From assembly GCF_009914755.1 (NCBI RefSeq), contig NC_060947.1: a stretch of 64,000 nt of DNA; one strand, 5' to 3'. The notes beneath the pieces were generated by a model. It made no database searches and had not been told where the DNA came from. It was given only the letters and a program-made list of their open reading frames with translations. This document shows positions 26,061 to 42,790 of the stretch, piece by piece. Source of the DNA: the human T2T-CHM13v2.0 reference genome, Homo sapiens. The position numbers were made by a program, and so were the translations under genes. Each line of letters starts with the position of its first letter. The first letter of the stretch is position 1.

Positions 26061-26922
26061 AAAACTGCTAATTAGTTAAATCATAACAAGTTCACAAAGC
26101 ATAGCAGTCAAAGCTGGAGGTTAGCATGTCTAAGACCTACAGGGAACCCTGTCCCATTTTTCCCACTGGCTTTGACATAACAAAGGCAAACTGACATAAC
26201 AAGGAGGTAGCTTTTTCAAATTACTTACATTTATTATGGAATTACTGAGCATAACAAAAGATTATCTAATATAAATTCTAATCTAAGTAAATATTCCTAT
26301 TAATACACACCACAGTCAGGCATATTTCTTTGGGGCAAGGGTAAAAGGTACATTAACCTTTATCTTATGTTTAACATTTAGATTGGTGCCTGAAATGGCC
26401 CACTGGTTGCTTTTTAGGTATGGATGTGCTTTCCTCCTGTGGTTACTTAGGCCATCATTGTGGATGAGCTCTGGTACAAAGGCTCTTTTCAAAGCAAGCT
26501 CAAGAGTCTCCAGCTAGAGGCACAACATTCCAGCCTTAGAAGAGTGGAGGACCTGCATAAAGCCTTGCAGTGGAAACAAGTGCCATCAAGCTATGCATCC
26601 TGAGAGTTCCTAGACTTAGAAAACCTTAATATATTTGTGTGTGGTATACTAATTGAGTGCACAACTAGCTCTGTTATTCCCATCCTTCTGGTATAGGTTT
26701 CACATTTATGCAAATTAGGCATACCGTTAGATTGATGCTAAATGTGATAAGTGCCCTTCTGGCTATGCTATCCCCACCTGGGTATAGCTTTTGCAAATAG
26801 GTAAGTTAGGCAACCCTAATATTGATCCTGATTATATATAGTGACACTTGCTGGGTTGTAAGCAGCCCTTCTGTGTTGGTACTAATGAGGTATTGTGACC
26901 AGAGCTGGGACTTGGAATTATA

Positions 26923-26925
<3 letters not shown>

Positions 26926-26970
<45 letters not shown>
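26926..26970. repeat. (CA)~22 microsatellite
   Basis: Direct reading. Confidence 0.95.
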
Positions 26971-26974
<4 letters not shown>

Positions 26975-27747
26975 ATTACCAAGGAAAAGTTCTGGGTTTG
27001 AATAATTAGGTAGTTGATATATAGGAAATAAAGTATGTGATAGTTCTGGCACACGTGAGTTTGTAGACTGAGAATCATATCCGCTATAGTTAAAAAAACA
27101 AAACTAGAATAAACAACAGTAGTCCAACGTATACATGAAGAACACTGTGAAAGCAGAAGTGGTTTAGAGATTTGCAAGCTCAGAGTCAATGATACAAAGA
27201 GCAGGAAGGAGCCTTTGGGAATTTCAGCATAAATAATGGAGAGCTGTATTCAGAGCATCTTAGATAACTATGCCTCTGGGGGGCAGTTCTTATAAAATTT
27301 TGCTGCTGCCTTTTGCTCAGAATAAGTAGAAATAGTTAGCAACCACACCTATATACATTATCGGCACACCCCTTCTAGCCATATACTGTTTCTTCCCCAT
27401 AATTATCAAAGGCAGGTTTACTTTACAAGCCAACATCTATAGACAGTCTAATAAAGAGTCTTGAAAACAAAGATAAACACACAAACAAGAAACACCAATT
27501 AATATTTGAACAACAGACAGCATGTAAGAAACCTACCACAATCTATAGACGCAAAAACTAACTTCTGAAGAAACATAGTAAATATAGCAAATGAAAAAAG
27601 ACTTAAGTATAAGTAATGCTCTCAGAAGGATAAGAGAAGTGATCACACCCATGAGCAAGGAAAATGCTGATGTGAAACAGAACCAATAATAGGTCCTGGA
27701 AACTACATAAATGAAGAATAACCAAAATAAAGAACACAATGGATATA

Positions 27748-28464
27748 TGAAATAAAAGTAAAATTCTAAGCCCCCCAACCAACTGAATGGACCCCTCTTG
27801 GCCAAGAAAACCACAGAAAAACTTCTAAAATTTAGTTTCCTGGCCATGACGAGATGGGAGGTTAATCTCAGCATATCCACTTCCTCAATAACCATCACTA
27901 GACTTTTTTTCATAAGGGTTAAGCAGAAACCAGCCCTAGAAAGCAAAGAACAGAAGACTGTCACCTGACTAACGGCCTGATGCTGCAGCCAGACTCCCCT
28001 CCCTTTTCACGGTTTTGACGTGACAGCTGATCAGCTTACAAAGCATTCCTTCTTGATAAATGACCATCAGCCATGGACTGGTTCTAGTCAATTTATGAAG
28101 GCTGAGCACAAAGCACTTTTGTGCCCTAAGTTTCACCTTTTTGATGTATAGAGCTTAATTTTATTTCATTTTAATGTTGTCTCCACTCCAAAGTGAACAT
28201 GGGATGTATGTGACATGTATGATCACTTATCATGCATGTGTGTGACACCTTTTCATGAATATTCATAGCTCCTCCTATAACCTGTTAAATATGTATGTTT
28301 AGCCAACCTGTTTAGCATAAAACTCCTGTCCCACCCTTCCTCCCTCCAAGTACTTGCTTTCAATCTCAACCGGAGGCTCTGCTTCCCAGCCTGCAGGTTG
28401 CAACCCTTCTCAGAAATAAAGTTCTCATTTCCAAATTTATAGATCTCATGATTTTAAGTTGACA
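27748..28464 (+). mobile_element. 5' LTR, MER4-like, 717 bp
   Basis: tgaaataaaagtaaaattctaagcccccc...aataaa...gttgaca; its start resembles the MER4-like LTR end at 3700-3734. Confidence 0.75.
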
Positions 28465-28468
28465 TAAT

Positions 28469-28486
28469 TGGTGATGAGGACGACAT
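28469..28486 (+). other. Degenerate PBS, best guess tRNA-Ser(GCT)
   Basis: TGGTGATGAGGACGACAT versus TGGCGACGAGGATGGGAT (13/18), 4 nt after the LTR. Confidence 0.45.
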
Positions 28487-28829
28487 CCGCAGAGATTCCC
28501 TGGGTTCCCTGCAGTGTGATTGGAGTCAATGCACCAGTGCCTGCAAAAGCCCATTGACAGCTCAGTTGTCTCCCGATTCACATTGATAGTGACCCTGGTA
28601 AGCTCTCCCTGGATCTAAGATTTCCTGCTTTTAGGCTGAGGTCCGAGAGATTTTCTTTCTTTCTTCTGATCTCCTCCATCTGGATCCTGGAGGAGACTTC
28701 TAGGTTGGCCCTGGGTTTCTAAGAGAGTGGCCTTTTCAGCTGGATTCAGCTGGTCCATCAGTATTGGCCAGGATGCTCTCCCTCTAGTGGCACTTGAAGG
28801 GATGCCTTCAGTAAGTAAGTGCTGTTTTC

Positions 28830-30040
28830 GGGAATGTAGGTTCTAAGGGGACATTCCCTGGCCAACCGCCATCAGGAACTCCGGTTGCTTACATGTTAAG
28901 AACTATGAATTCTTGTGAATATTTGGGATCCTAGATAAAACTAACCTGGGATGATTTAAAGCTTTGTTGACCACAATGGGGGTCTTAGGAGATTTCTAGA
29001 TTAGTTTATCTGCATGCTCAATTGGAAGAAAGAGGATATTACACCTCCCAAAAACAATGAGGATTATTCTATAATTAGTATTTCGAGACTTCTAAAAGAA
29101 AGAATAATTTGAAATTAAACAAAAGACTCCATGAACTAGAAAAACCTAAAGAAAATCACACATGCAAAAAATTTACTGAGTCAACTCCTCTTCCTTTTTC
29201 TGTTCCTACCTCTCCTCCCCATTCTCCCTCTCTAACTCCTCCTCTCACCTCAGCTCCTCCCCCTCCTATGGCCCCTGAGGCCTTTCTCCCTTCTCCTCCC
29301 ATATACCCATTCTGTCATATACCCAGACCCCTCTCAGCTACCCCTTTATTCCTCTTACTCAGCAGGTGTGTCCTCCCAAACTCCCTCAGGATTATGGGAG
29401 GTGATAGTAATGCTAACAGGTCAGGGTTTGTTCCCTGGAGAAAATCTGAGCTTCTGATGCTTACAAAGAACTTTCCCAATCCCCGATTAAACTCTTTAGA
29501 CTTTGCTAGCCAATTTAATATGCTAATTACTACCTACCAGCCTGCATGCCCAGACCTCTATCATTCAGGATTACATGGAGCTACTGGTGTCCTGGTTGGG
29601 CAGTATGGCCCCAGCTGGGCCACAGGAATCCCTTGTCAGATTGCTAATTTGGCTGGCCACCAGGCAGAAATCATAGAGAGGAAGAGTTCGGGAGAGAGGT
29701 GCTTCCCATCTGGTGTTGCTACAATTGTGGCAGCTTCACGTGGATCTTCAGACACCTTGGATGCCAACCGGTTCTTTGTCCCAGGAGACTAGCATATCTG
29801 CTTCTTTTGTGTAGCACCCTGAGTATATTGAGAAGGGCTGCCATGAATATTAATGATGGCTGCAGTTGAAACCTGGCAAGGCTTATCTACCTAGACCTTC
29901 GGAGTGGCTGTGGGGCTGCTACCAGGAAATTTCGGGGACATTTCTTGTACTCAGGGCTGGTGTTATGGGAGAGCTGGAGGTTGCTGTCACCTATGAGACC
30001 ATGCAGTTTTGGAGGTAGTTGACAACAGTTGTTTATGGTT
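28830..30040 (+). pseudogene. gag: Gammaretrovirus-like gag (MA, Pro-rich, partial CA, NC) and start of protease, degraded
   Basis: PSGTPVAYML...*PQWGS (MA); PPP-rich tract; FVPWRKSEL..FPNP..TYQP..DLY (CA); frameshifted CFFC...GC knuckle at about 29800. Confidence 0.7.
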
Positions 30041-30504
30041 TATAGTTGTCTCTGCGGGTGGCTGCTTGTTTCTTTGCATGTCTGTATAGGAAGGGCATGG
30101 TCTGAACGCTTTGAAAGATATCTTTATAGTAGGGTGTGCTGTGAAGACATTATGCAGCCCGGTCCCATGGCATTTCTCTTTTTGGGGGGACCTGAGATTC
30201 AGTGTAGAAGTCCTTGATTTTAAAGGTCTGGATGTTCTCTGCCTTTCAACTGTATTTTCTTTTCACATATTTAAATTATTGAGCCCTAAAAGCCACAAGG
30301 ACTTTCTTGGCCCTGTTCCTTGATAGGCTCTGCCCTGAAATCAGTGATCCACTTGAAGAAACAGACTAAATTAAAAAGCTACCTATCCATATGAACTTGG
30401 TCTCCTTATGTAATCCTATGGTGAATTCCTGTGAATTTTTGTTGTCTTGGCATCCATTTTTGGTCTTCTGCTAGCACACCCACACTCCTTCTTGGAGGGA
30501 CTTA

Positions 30505-30524
30505 GATTCTCTCTTTCTCTCTCT

Positions 30525-30566
<42 letters not shown>
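30505..30566. repeat. (CT)n(GT)n microsatellite
   Basis: Direct reading. Confidence 0.9.
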
Positions 30567-30567
<1 letters not shown>

Positions 30568-31746
30568 TTGAAATGTGGATTACTATCCTGTTTTTTTCTG
30601 AGACTTGGTGAGGACTTAGACCATGTGGGACAAGTGTACATTGACTTCTTTTTGTTTGCAGGGGCACAATTTGAATCCAGCTATCATTTTGGACTGGTGA
30701 GTTTTGCCAGTCTCATAGCTATAGTTTTGAAATTGGGGCTATAGAGTCTTTGTTATCTGTTTGTATCTTTACGTGTGCATATGTGTGTATCTGTTTGTGA
30801 ACTGTCTCTATGGACTTATAAATAACTGAGCACTCATAAGTTAGTCCAAATGCTTTTAAGTTCATGTTATTTTAGTAATCTTTAGTAAATAAAGTTTTTA
30901 AATTGTTGGTAAAATAAAAACATTTTCAAAATTTAATTTAGACATTTTTGCCTGTGTCTATTGGAAGGCAGGTTTATGCTATCTATGATAGATGTTTTAA
31001 GGTCATAAAACATCTATGTTTTGATTCTATGATATATTTGAGACTTGCTTAATTTGTCTGTAAGTTTATATCTTTGGATTTGAGCATTTAGATTCTAAGG
31101 TCTAGCTAAGTGGCCCTGGCGAGGACTGGAGAGGTACTGGAGCCGATCCTCCCTGACCCAGCTGTGCCTCCTGGACATACCAGGAGAAGTTGGATTCTCC
31201 AGGCATTGTCTTCACAGCTCCATCTTTTGTCCTACGATCTGCATCTAGTAAATAATTAAAATTGTCTACTTAGGTTTTTCAGTAAAAACAAGGATTACTA
31301 AGAGTTAACATTGTAATTAATATATACAATTAAAACTACTATAGATAAGAGAAACAGTTATATATACAAAGTGTATGAAGAAAATAGGATTTTTTTTTGG
31401 AGGGAAGGTTATAAGAAGTGATAAGAATCTGGTTCATTTTAAAAGAAAAGTAACTTGGTCTGGAGTAGGTATTTTTAAATGTTCTAAGTTGAAGGAATAA
31501 AAAGGAATGATAGATAAAATTGAGTGAATATGGAAAGTTGGAGAAAAACAGAATGGAAAAATTGTAATAAGTTATAAAAGGTTTATGGAAGTTTTATTTT
31601 TTGTGGTCAAAACTGAATGATATTGGATAAATCTTTTACAAGATGTCACTAAGATTAGATTTAGTATTAATAATATACTGAAGCAAAGATAAAATTTAGC
31701 ATTGCCTTTGGAACAAGACTTTCATGTAGTATTAATAAGAGCAAAA

Positions 31747-31890
31747 GGCCTGGCAAGGTGGCTCACGCTTGTAATCCCAGCACTTTGGGAGGCCGAGATG
31801 GGCGGATCACGAGGTCAGGAGTTCAAGACTAGCCTGACCAACATGGTGAAACCATGTCTCTACAGAGCAAGACTCCGTCTCAAAAAAAAA
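31747..31890 (+). mobile_element. Alu with a large internal deletion (left arm joined to the last ~20 nt and tail)
   Basis: ...catgtctctac|agagcaagactccgtctc(A)n; TSD aagagcaaaa. Confidence 0.9.
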
Positions 31891-32098
31891 GAGCAAAAGA
31901 TTTTTGGTAACCTTCTGAGTAAACTTCAAAAAAAAGAAGGGGGAGAGGAAAAGACATGCAGTTTGCCTCATGCTATCTTTATTAGGTATTGTGATTGTTT
32001 GGGAAATGGAGTCTGCTCTATCGAAGAGTAAAATTTTGCTTTTTGAAACCTTGTGAATTATTACTTTGGCTAAATAAGTAATTATTACTTTACAGTGA

Positions 32099-32408
<310 letters not shown>

Positions 32409-32783
32409 TGTGATACTACTTTGATCAAGTGTTTTAAAACTTTGATATTTGACACTTTCATATTTTATTTTCATATTTTAAATTCAGTCTTTTTGGACCT
32501 CAAACTAATTTGTTGGATATTAAGGCAGCTGGAAGTACAAGAAAGACATATTGGGCTTATTTAATATGTTAAAACCATACAGGAAACATTGTCTATTAAG
32601 AAATCATGTTTAACTTTCTTTGAGTTATATTTCTATAAAAGTATTATTAATATGTGTCAAAAAATTGTATGAGATTCCTAAAAATTCTGATATGTCTTGG
32701 TATATATGATCAGTAATAATTATAATTATCATGTTAAATTGTGGTATGTCACAGAAATGACCAGGTTTTTTTTTACTAATTGC

Positions 32784-36207
<3,424 letters not shown>

Positions 36208-36890
36208 TAGATAAAAACTGCCAGTACTAGTTAAAAAGCTGGTGTGTTCATCAAGATTGATAACTCAACGTCATGGAAAACAAGAGTTAATTACATGAAA
36301 CTAAACTGATAGAAGACCAAAATGCTTTTCTGAGTAACTTTTTGTTTGATACATTGCTGATTCTTTTTATGTTTTGTTTTCCAGAGTCAAGAGAGCAAAA
36401 CTGAAACATTTACCTATCTCTTTACCTAATTTATCCAGAATTTGGAAGCTATTCTTTAGTATTCTTAATTTATGGCAATATAGTTATTTGCATATGTTCA
36501 ATAAGAATTTGTTTTCTTTTGAGACATGACACAATTGGATACACTGGTTATTTTGCCAGGGCTTTGACTGGAATGATATATTTTCAGTTATGACCAAACT
36601 GCTTTGAGGAATTGAAGTTGACTTTATAGAGCCGAAAAAGCCTCTTGAAAATACTGACCTGCTACTTTATCAACACAGTTCTTTACTAGGTTTCTGACCT
36701 TGCAGTAAGTAAAAATTGTCACTTTCTGGCAGACCCGGGAACCTCAGGATATTATAGGACCTCCAAAAGGGAGTAATTTGCTGGATTCATACAGGTATTA
36801 CAAAGTCTGATGGTGAATCCTTAGCTTGGATTCCTAGTCTGAAGCCTTTTAAAAGTCTAATCTGAGATTCCTTTTAAAAAGGTTCCAGCA

Positions 36891-37238
<348 letters not shown>

Positions 37239-37291
37239 TCATTATTCTTGCTGCAACTTATGCAAATAACCCCTGATAAAAATTTAAAACC

Positions 37292-37626
<335 letters not shown>

Positions 37627-38400
37627 CTAGAAAGAAAAAAATATGTTTTACAAAAAAAACTATAGTAGACCTGTTATTAGATTCTAGCCTTGCCCATGGT
37701 TTTTGAGTCTTTAACAATAAAATTGCCTATGGTTTGGACTGAATCCTGAATTCTTTCCTGGATACAAGTCCCCAAACTAATGTTTCTAAATTTTTCTTAG
37801 AGTTTTCTGGCGTGAAATCACCAGAAATTAAAACTGTGTTTTTCTTGAAGCCCTGCAAACTGAAGCTAAACAACTTCATATAAATTTCAGGAAAAATCAC
37901 CACAGTAGTTTATATTTAAACAGCCTTTGTGCCTACTACAAAATGGGCTGGTCAGAAAGTTCAGTTGAACAACTGATTCAAGCTACAATCCAGAAAAATC
38001 TGTCAGATTGCTACAGCAATCTGAAGATGCTTCAAAGACTCTAGAAAAACTAGTTTATAGACTACTTGGGGCATTAACCTTTGTTTTTCTTCTGTTTTCA
38101 TAGAGGTGCCTCTTATTAAAGATCTGTTTGTCTGCATCATATATAGGGATCTAGCTCACCTGCAATGCCATCTCATGGAACAGGACACAACTGTTTAACC
38201 GAGCTGTTCTATTCTTAGGACTAAGAGACTAATTAATGGAGATATGAGATGATATATTTAAATGTAATCTTTTCTTTTTATCCCTATTTGTCTTTCCCTC
38301 TCCTTTGTCTATCTTTTATCTAACAATCTCTAACCCAAATCACTCCAAAACTATAAACATGGCTTTTATGTGAAACATTTTATAGTTTCCAAGTGGGGAC

Positions 38401-38978
38401 TGAAGGAAATCAAAATATTTTACCACAAAATATATTTATTTGACATATTTTGAGATGGCTGTTCAGAGAGCCAGAAAGCAGAAGTATCCCTGCAAAGCTG
38501 TCCTTTATGGGAGAGATTTTCATCTATACAGCCTCTTCATTGATGCTTGCTAGGCCTTCTCTTGTCTGGACCTAGGAAATATTAACTGAGAGTCTGACAC
38601 CTTTCAGGGTCTGAAAGAAACATTTACCATTTATTCTCTTTGAGGGCTCCTACCTGTGAGGTTCCATTTACATAGCAAGACCACCTTTACTAGCTAGGCT
38701 TCCTCTTCTCTTGCTCCCATAACCGGTCTCACCTCTATACTCTGATTTATCACAACACCTAGTTTTGGTCATGTTCGAAGCCCCCAGTCCTTTCTGTAAC
38801 CTCAGAATGGTATATAAGTTTCTGCATCCCATTGGAGCATTGAATTAATCACTCTGGTTCTCCTCCTTATGCACATTAATAAATTTATATTCCATTTCTC
38901 CTGTGATTCTCCTTTTGTGAGTTGATTTTTCAGCAAACTTTCAGAGGGCAAATGGAAAGCTTTCCCTGGGACCCTCCA
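38401..38978 (+). mobile_element. 3' LTR, MER34/MER39-like, 578 bp
   Basis: tgaaggaaatcaaaatattttacc...tatataag...aataaa...gaccctcca, directly after the PPT. Confidence 0.75.
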
Positions 38979-39914
38979 CCTTCATGTACATCAGAATAGT
39001 CTCAAGTAAAAAATAATTACTATTCCATGGATGCCACTATCACTTGGGAAAACTTTTGCCTATTTTGCAACTGATTTCTAAGCCAGTTTATGAGTCACAC
39101 AAAAAAAGTTAAAAAGAAAATTTATAGTCATACCTCATATATAACTGATGGAAATTTTTAATCAGTATACAGGTCGTACTTATGGTTATAAAAGCTAAGG
39201 ACATGGGAGCAGATTCAATGAAAATGATTAAAGTGCACAATTAATTCTGAGTAAATTAGCAAACGCCTAGACTCAGTCATTGATAAATTGTGGTATAAGA
39301 AATTGGCATTGAACCTGGCTGAATAATGTGCCTAAGTGAAACTTCATGGTATTATTGTGAGTGAAAATGGTAACTGAGCTTTAAAAAAATCTGTATACTA
39401 TGAAATGGAAAATCCTAAAATAACCTGTAAAACAAGTAGGCTAAAAATTATGCCACCATTTTGCTGCGCTTTCACAGATAACATCACATCAGAAATCACA
39501 GAACAACAAATGGAGTGTTTAATCAGCCTTACAATATGATCTCAATGTTCTCATTGTGATGCCTTTTGCTTTACCACCCATGTGATTCAAAGGATTTTTG
39601 TCTATAGAAGAGTTGCCACTCTAGATCTTCTTTGTGGTTGATGAAAGTGTTTTCAAACTAGATAGAGGTAATGGTTGCACAACATTGTGACGCAGTAAAT
39701 TTCACTGAATTGCACTTTTTTAAGTGGTTAATTTATGTTACATGAATTTCGCCTGATTTTTTTTTAAAAACTACCACTTGCTGAACATCTATGTTTTATG
39801 TACTTCATTTGGCCTTAATATACAGCATCCTATTCTCCCAACAACCCTGAAAGATGGAGATTATTATCTCTATTTTCCAGAAGAAGAGTATGGGGAACAC
39901 ACTCAGACCACAGC

Positions 39915-41995
39915 ATCTCTTATCAGATATATGATTTGAAAATATTTCTCCCATCCATAGGTTGCCTTTTTACCCATTTGATTGCTTCTTTTTTGCACAG
40001 AAGTTTTTAAGTTTGATGCAGTCCTATTTGTCCATTTTTGCTTTTGCAGCTTGTGCTTTTGGTGTCATATTCAAGAAATCATTGCCAAATACAATGTCAT
40101 GGGATATCTCCCTATGTTTTCTCTAGGAGCTCTGAAGTTTCTCTAGGACCTCCAAATAGGTCCTACCTCCTAATACTGCCATATTGGGAATCAAAGTGAA
40201 TGTAAGGCCTTACATTTAGGTCTTCAATCCATTTTGAGTTAATTTTTGTATATGATGTAATTTCCATTTCCATGTGGATATACAGTTTTCCTAACATGAT
40301 TTGTTGTAGAGACTATCCTTTTCCCATTGCATAGTCTTGGCGCTCTTCTCAAAGATCATTTGAGAGCCCGTTCTGGGCTCTCTATTCTGATTCACTGGTC
40401 TGAATGTCTGTTTTTTATTACTGTAGCTTTGTAATATGTTTTGAAGTCAGGTAGTATGAGGCCTCTAACTTTGTTCTTTCTCAATATTGTTTTGGCTTAG
40501 CAGAATCTTTTGAGAATCCATGCAAATTTTAGATTTTTGTTTTAATTTCTGCAAAAAAAATGTAATTGGGATTGCTAGGGATTGCGTTGAATCTGTAGAT
40601 TACTTCAGGTAATCTGGACATTTTAATAACATTATGTTTTCTAATCCATGGAAACAGGATTTATTTCCATTTATTTGTGTCTTCTTTAATTTATTTTATT
40701 AATGTTTTACAGTTTTTAGTGTACAAGTCCTTTTTCCTTAGTTTATTCCTAAGTATTTTATTCTTTTTGGTGCTATTGTTAATGGGATTATTTTCCTAAT
40801 TTGCTTTTCAGATTGTTCATTATTAATATAGAGAAGTGCACCTGATTTTTTTATGTTGATTTTTGCATGTTGATTTTTGTATCCTGCAACTATTGAATTC
40901 ATTTACTAGTTCTAAATTGTTTTGTGGAGTCTCTAGGGTTTTCTACATAACAAGCATGTCATTCTGTGAACAGAATTTCACTTTTTTCTTTCCAATGTGG
41001 CTGCCTTTATTTCTTTTTCTTGCCTAATTGTTCTGGCCAGGACTTCCAGTCCTGTGTTGAATACAAGTGGTGAGAGTTGGCATCTCTCTTAGCCCATTTT
41101 GTGTTGCTTTAACAGAATACTTGAGGTGGGGTAATTCACAAAGAAAAGAGGTTTATTTATCTTACAATTCCAGTGGCTGAAAAGTCCAAGAGCATGGCAC
41201 TGGCATCTGCTTGGCTTCTAGTGAGGGCCATGTGCTGTGTCAAGACATAGTGGAAAAGCAGAAAGGTAATTGGGAATGTGCAAAGAGGCATGCAGGAGAG
41301 GCTGGTCTTGCTTATGACAACCTGCTTTCTCAGGGAATAATCCATTCTGGTGAGAGTGAGAATCCACTCACTCCTAAGAGACAGACAGCATTGATCTATT
41401 CATAAGGGCAGCTCTCCCTTGATCCAAAAACCTCCAAATATGTCCTACCTCCTAATACTGCCATATTGGGAATCAAAGTTCAACATGAGTTTTAGCAGGG
41501 GCAAACCACATCTAAACCACAGCAGCATTCTTGTCTTGTTCCTCATCTAAGAGAAAAAGCTTTCAGCTTCTCACCGCTAAGTATGATGTTAGTGGTGGGG
41601 TTGGCGTTGATGACCTTGATTATGTTGAAGTAATTTTCTTCTATTCTTGTTTTGTTGAGTGTTGGAAATTGAAAGGAAGAATTTTGTCAAATTCTTTTAC
41701 TGCATCAGTTGAGATGATCATGGGATTTTTGTCCTTTGCTCTGTTGATATGGCATATTGCATTGGTTGATTTTTTATGTGAACTATCCCTGCATCCTAGG
41801 GATAAATCCCATTTGTTCATGATGTATAATCTTTTTAATGTGCTATTAAATTATATGTGCTAGTATTTTATTGAGGATTTTTGTATCAATATTTATCAAT
41901 ACTTGTCTTGTAGTATTTTTGCCATTAAGGTAATGTTGGCCTCATAAAATGGGTTTGAAAGGATTCCCTTCTCTTCAATCTTTTGAAAGAGTTAT
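39915..41995 (-). mobile_element. Old L1M ORF2 fragment interrupted by an MST LTR
   Basis: Antisense ORF2 homology (tttgaagtcaggtagt, gtatcctgcaact, ttggcctcataaaatg). Confidence 0.85.
41086..41523 (-). mobile_element. MST-type MaLR solo LTR
   Basis: cttagcccattttgtgttgct...caacatgagtttt...aaaccacagca; flanks gcatc/gcatt. Confidence 0.85.
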
Positions 41996-42619
41996 CCACA
42001 TATTTAAATTAAAGAAATAGAATATTATAAATAATATTAAAGTGCATTACATGCATTAAGGGTAAAAATAATTTTATGAGGCTTTTGTTTTAGTTTTATA
42101 AACATAGATGTATGCACATGTGTGTGCACATATGTATGTTCCTCTGTGTGTGTGTGTGCATGTGTTGGGTAATAATGTGTAAAGCGTTTTCTTACTGAGG
42201 GTTGTATTATAAGTTACTCATAGTAATGTCATTTCTCTTGCCAAAATTTGGTTTATGAATGGGTAGGTGATGAAATTCTATACAATGAGACATGAAAAGA
42301 GTCTGTTAACTGAAGAAGTTATCTATTTTAATTTTATTTTTATAGTTTAAAAAGGACATAAGGAACCGAAGCATTCTTTTGTTCTCATCCAGGCTTTAGG
42401 TTCTTTTGGTGAGTAGACGATATCTGAAGTGCTGCACCCACATTATGACTATGTGGTAAGTAACCAGTTTACTAAAGGTAGCAGATTGGAAAATCACAAT
42501 GGATCTGGGTATTAATGACATTGTTAAATCTCTCCAGCAACCACTCCTGAAACTGCCCTGCACTCCAGATTTCCTGTTACGTAAGAAGAAAGAAATTTGT
42601 TTCCTTGTTGTTTAGCCAC

Positions 42620-42790
42620 TTTTTTTTCATTTCTTTTTTTTTTTATATACTTTAAATTCTAGGGTACATGTGCACAAAGCGCAGGTTTGTCACATATGTA
42701 TACATGTGCCATGTTGGTGTGCTGCACCCGTTAACACGTCATTTACATTAGGTATATCTCCTAATGCTATCCCTCACCCCTCCCCCCTTT
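42620..42790 (-). mobile_element. Very short L1PA 3' end, inserted in an old LTR relic (about 42220-42620)
   Basis: T-tail then tatactttaaattctagggtacatgtgcac... Confidence 0.88.

Noticed and set aside
29570-30030. Possible captured cellular mRNA inside the provirus
   Set aside because: Reads as degraded gag NC knuckle and protease start, so it is retroviral
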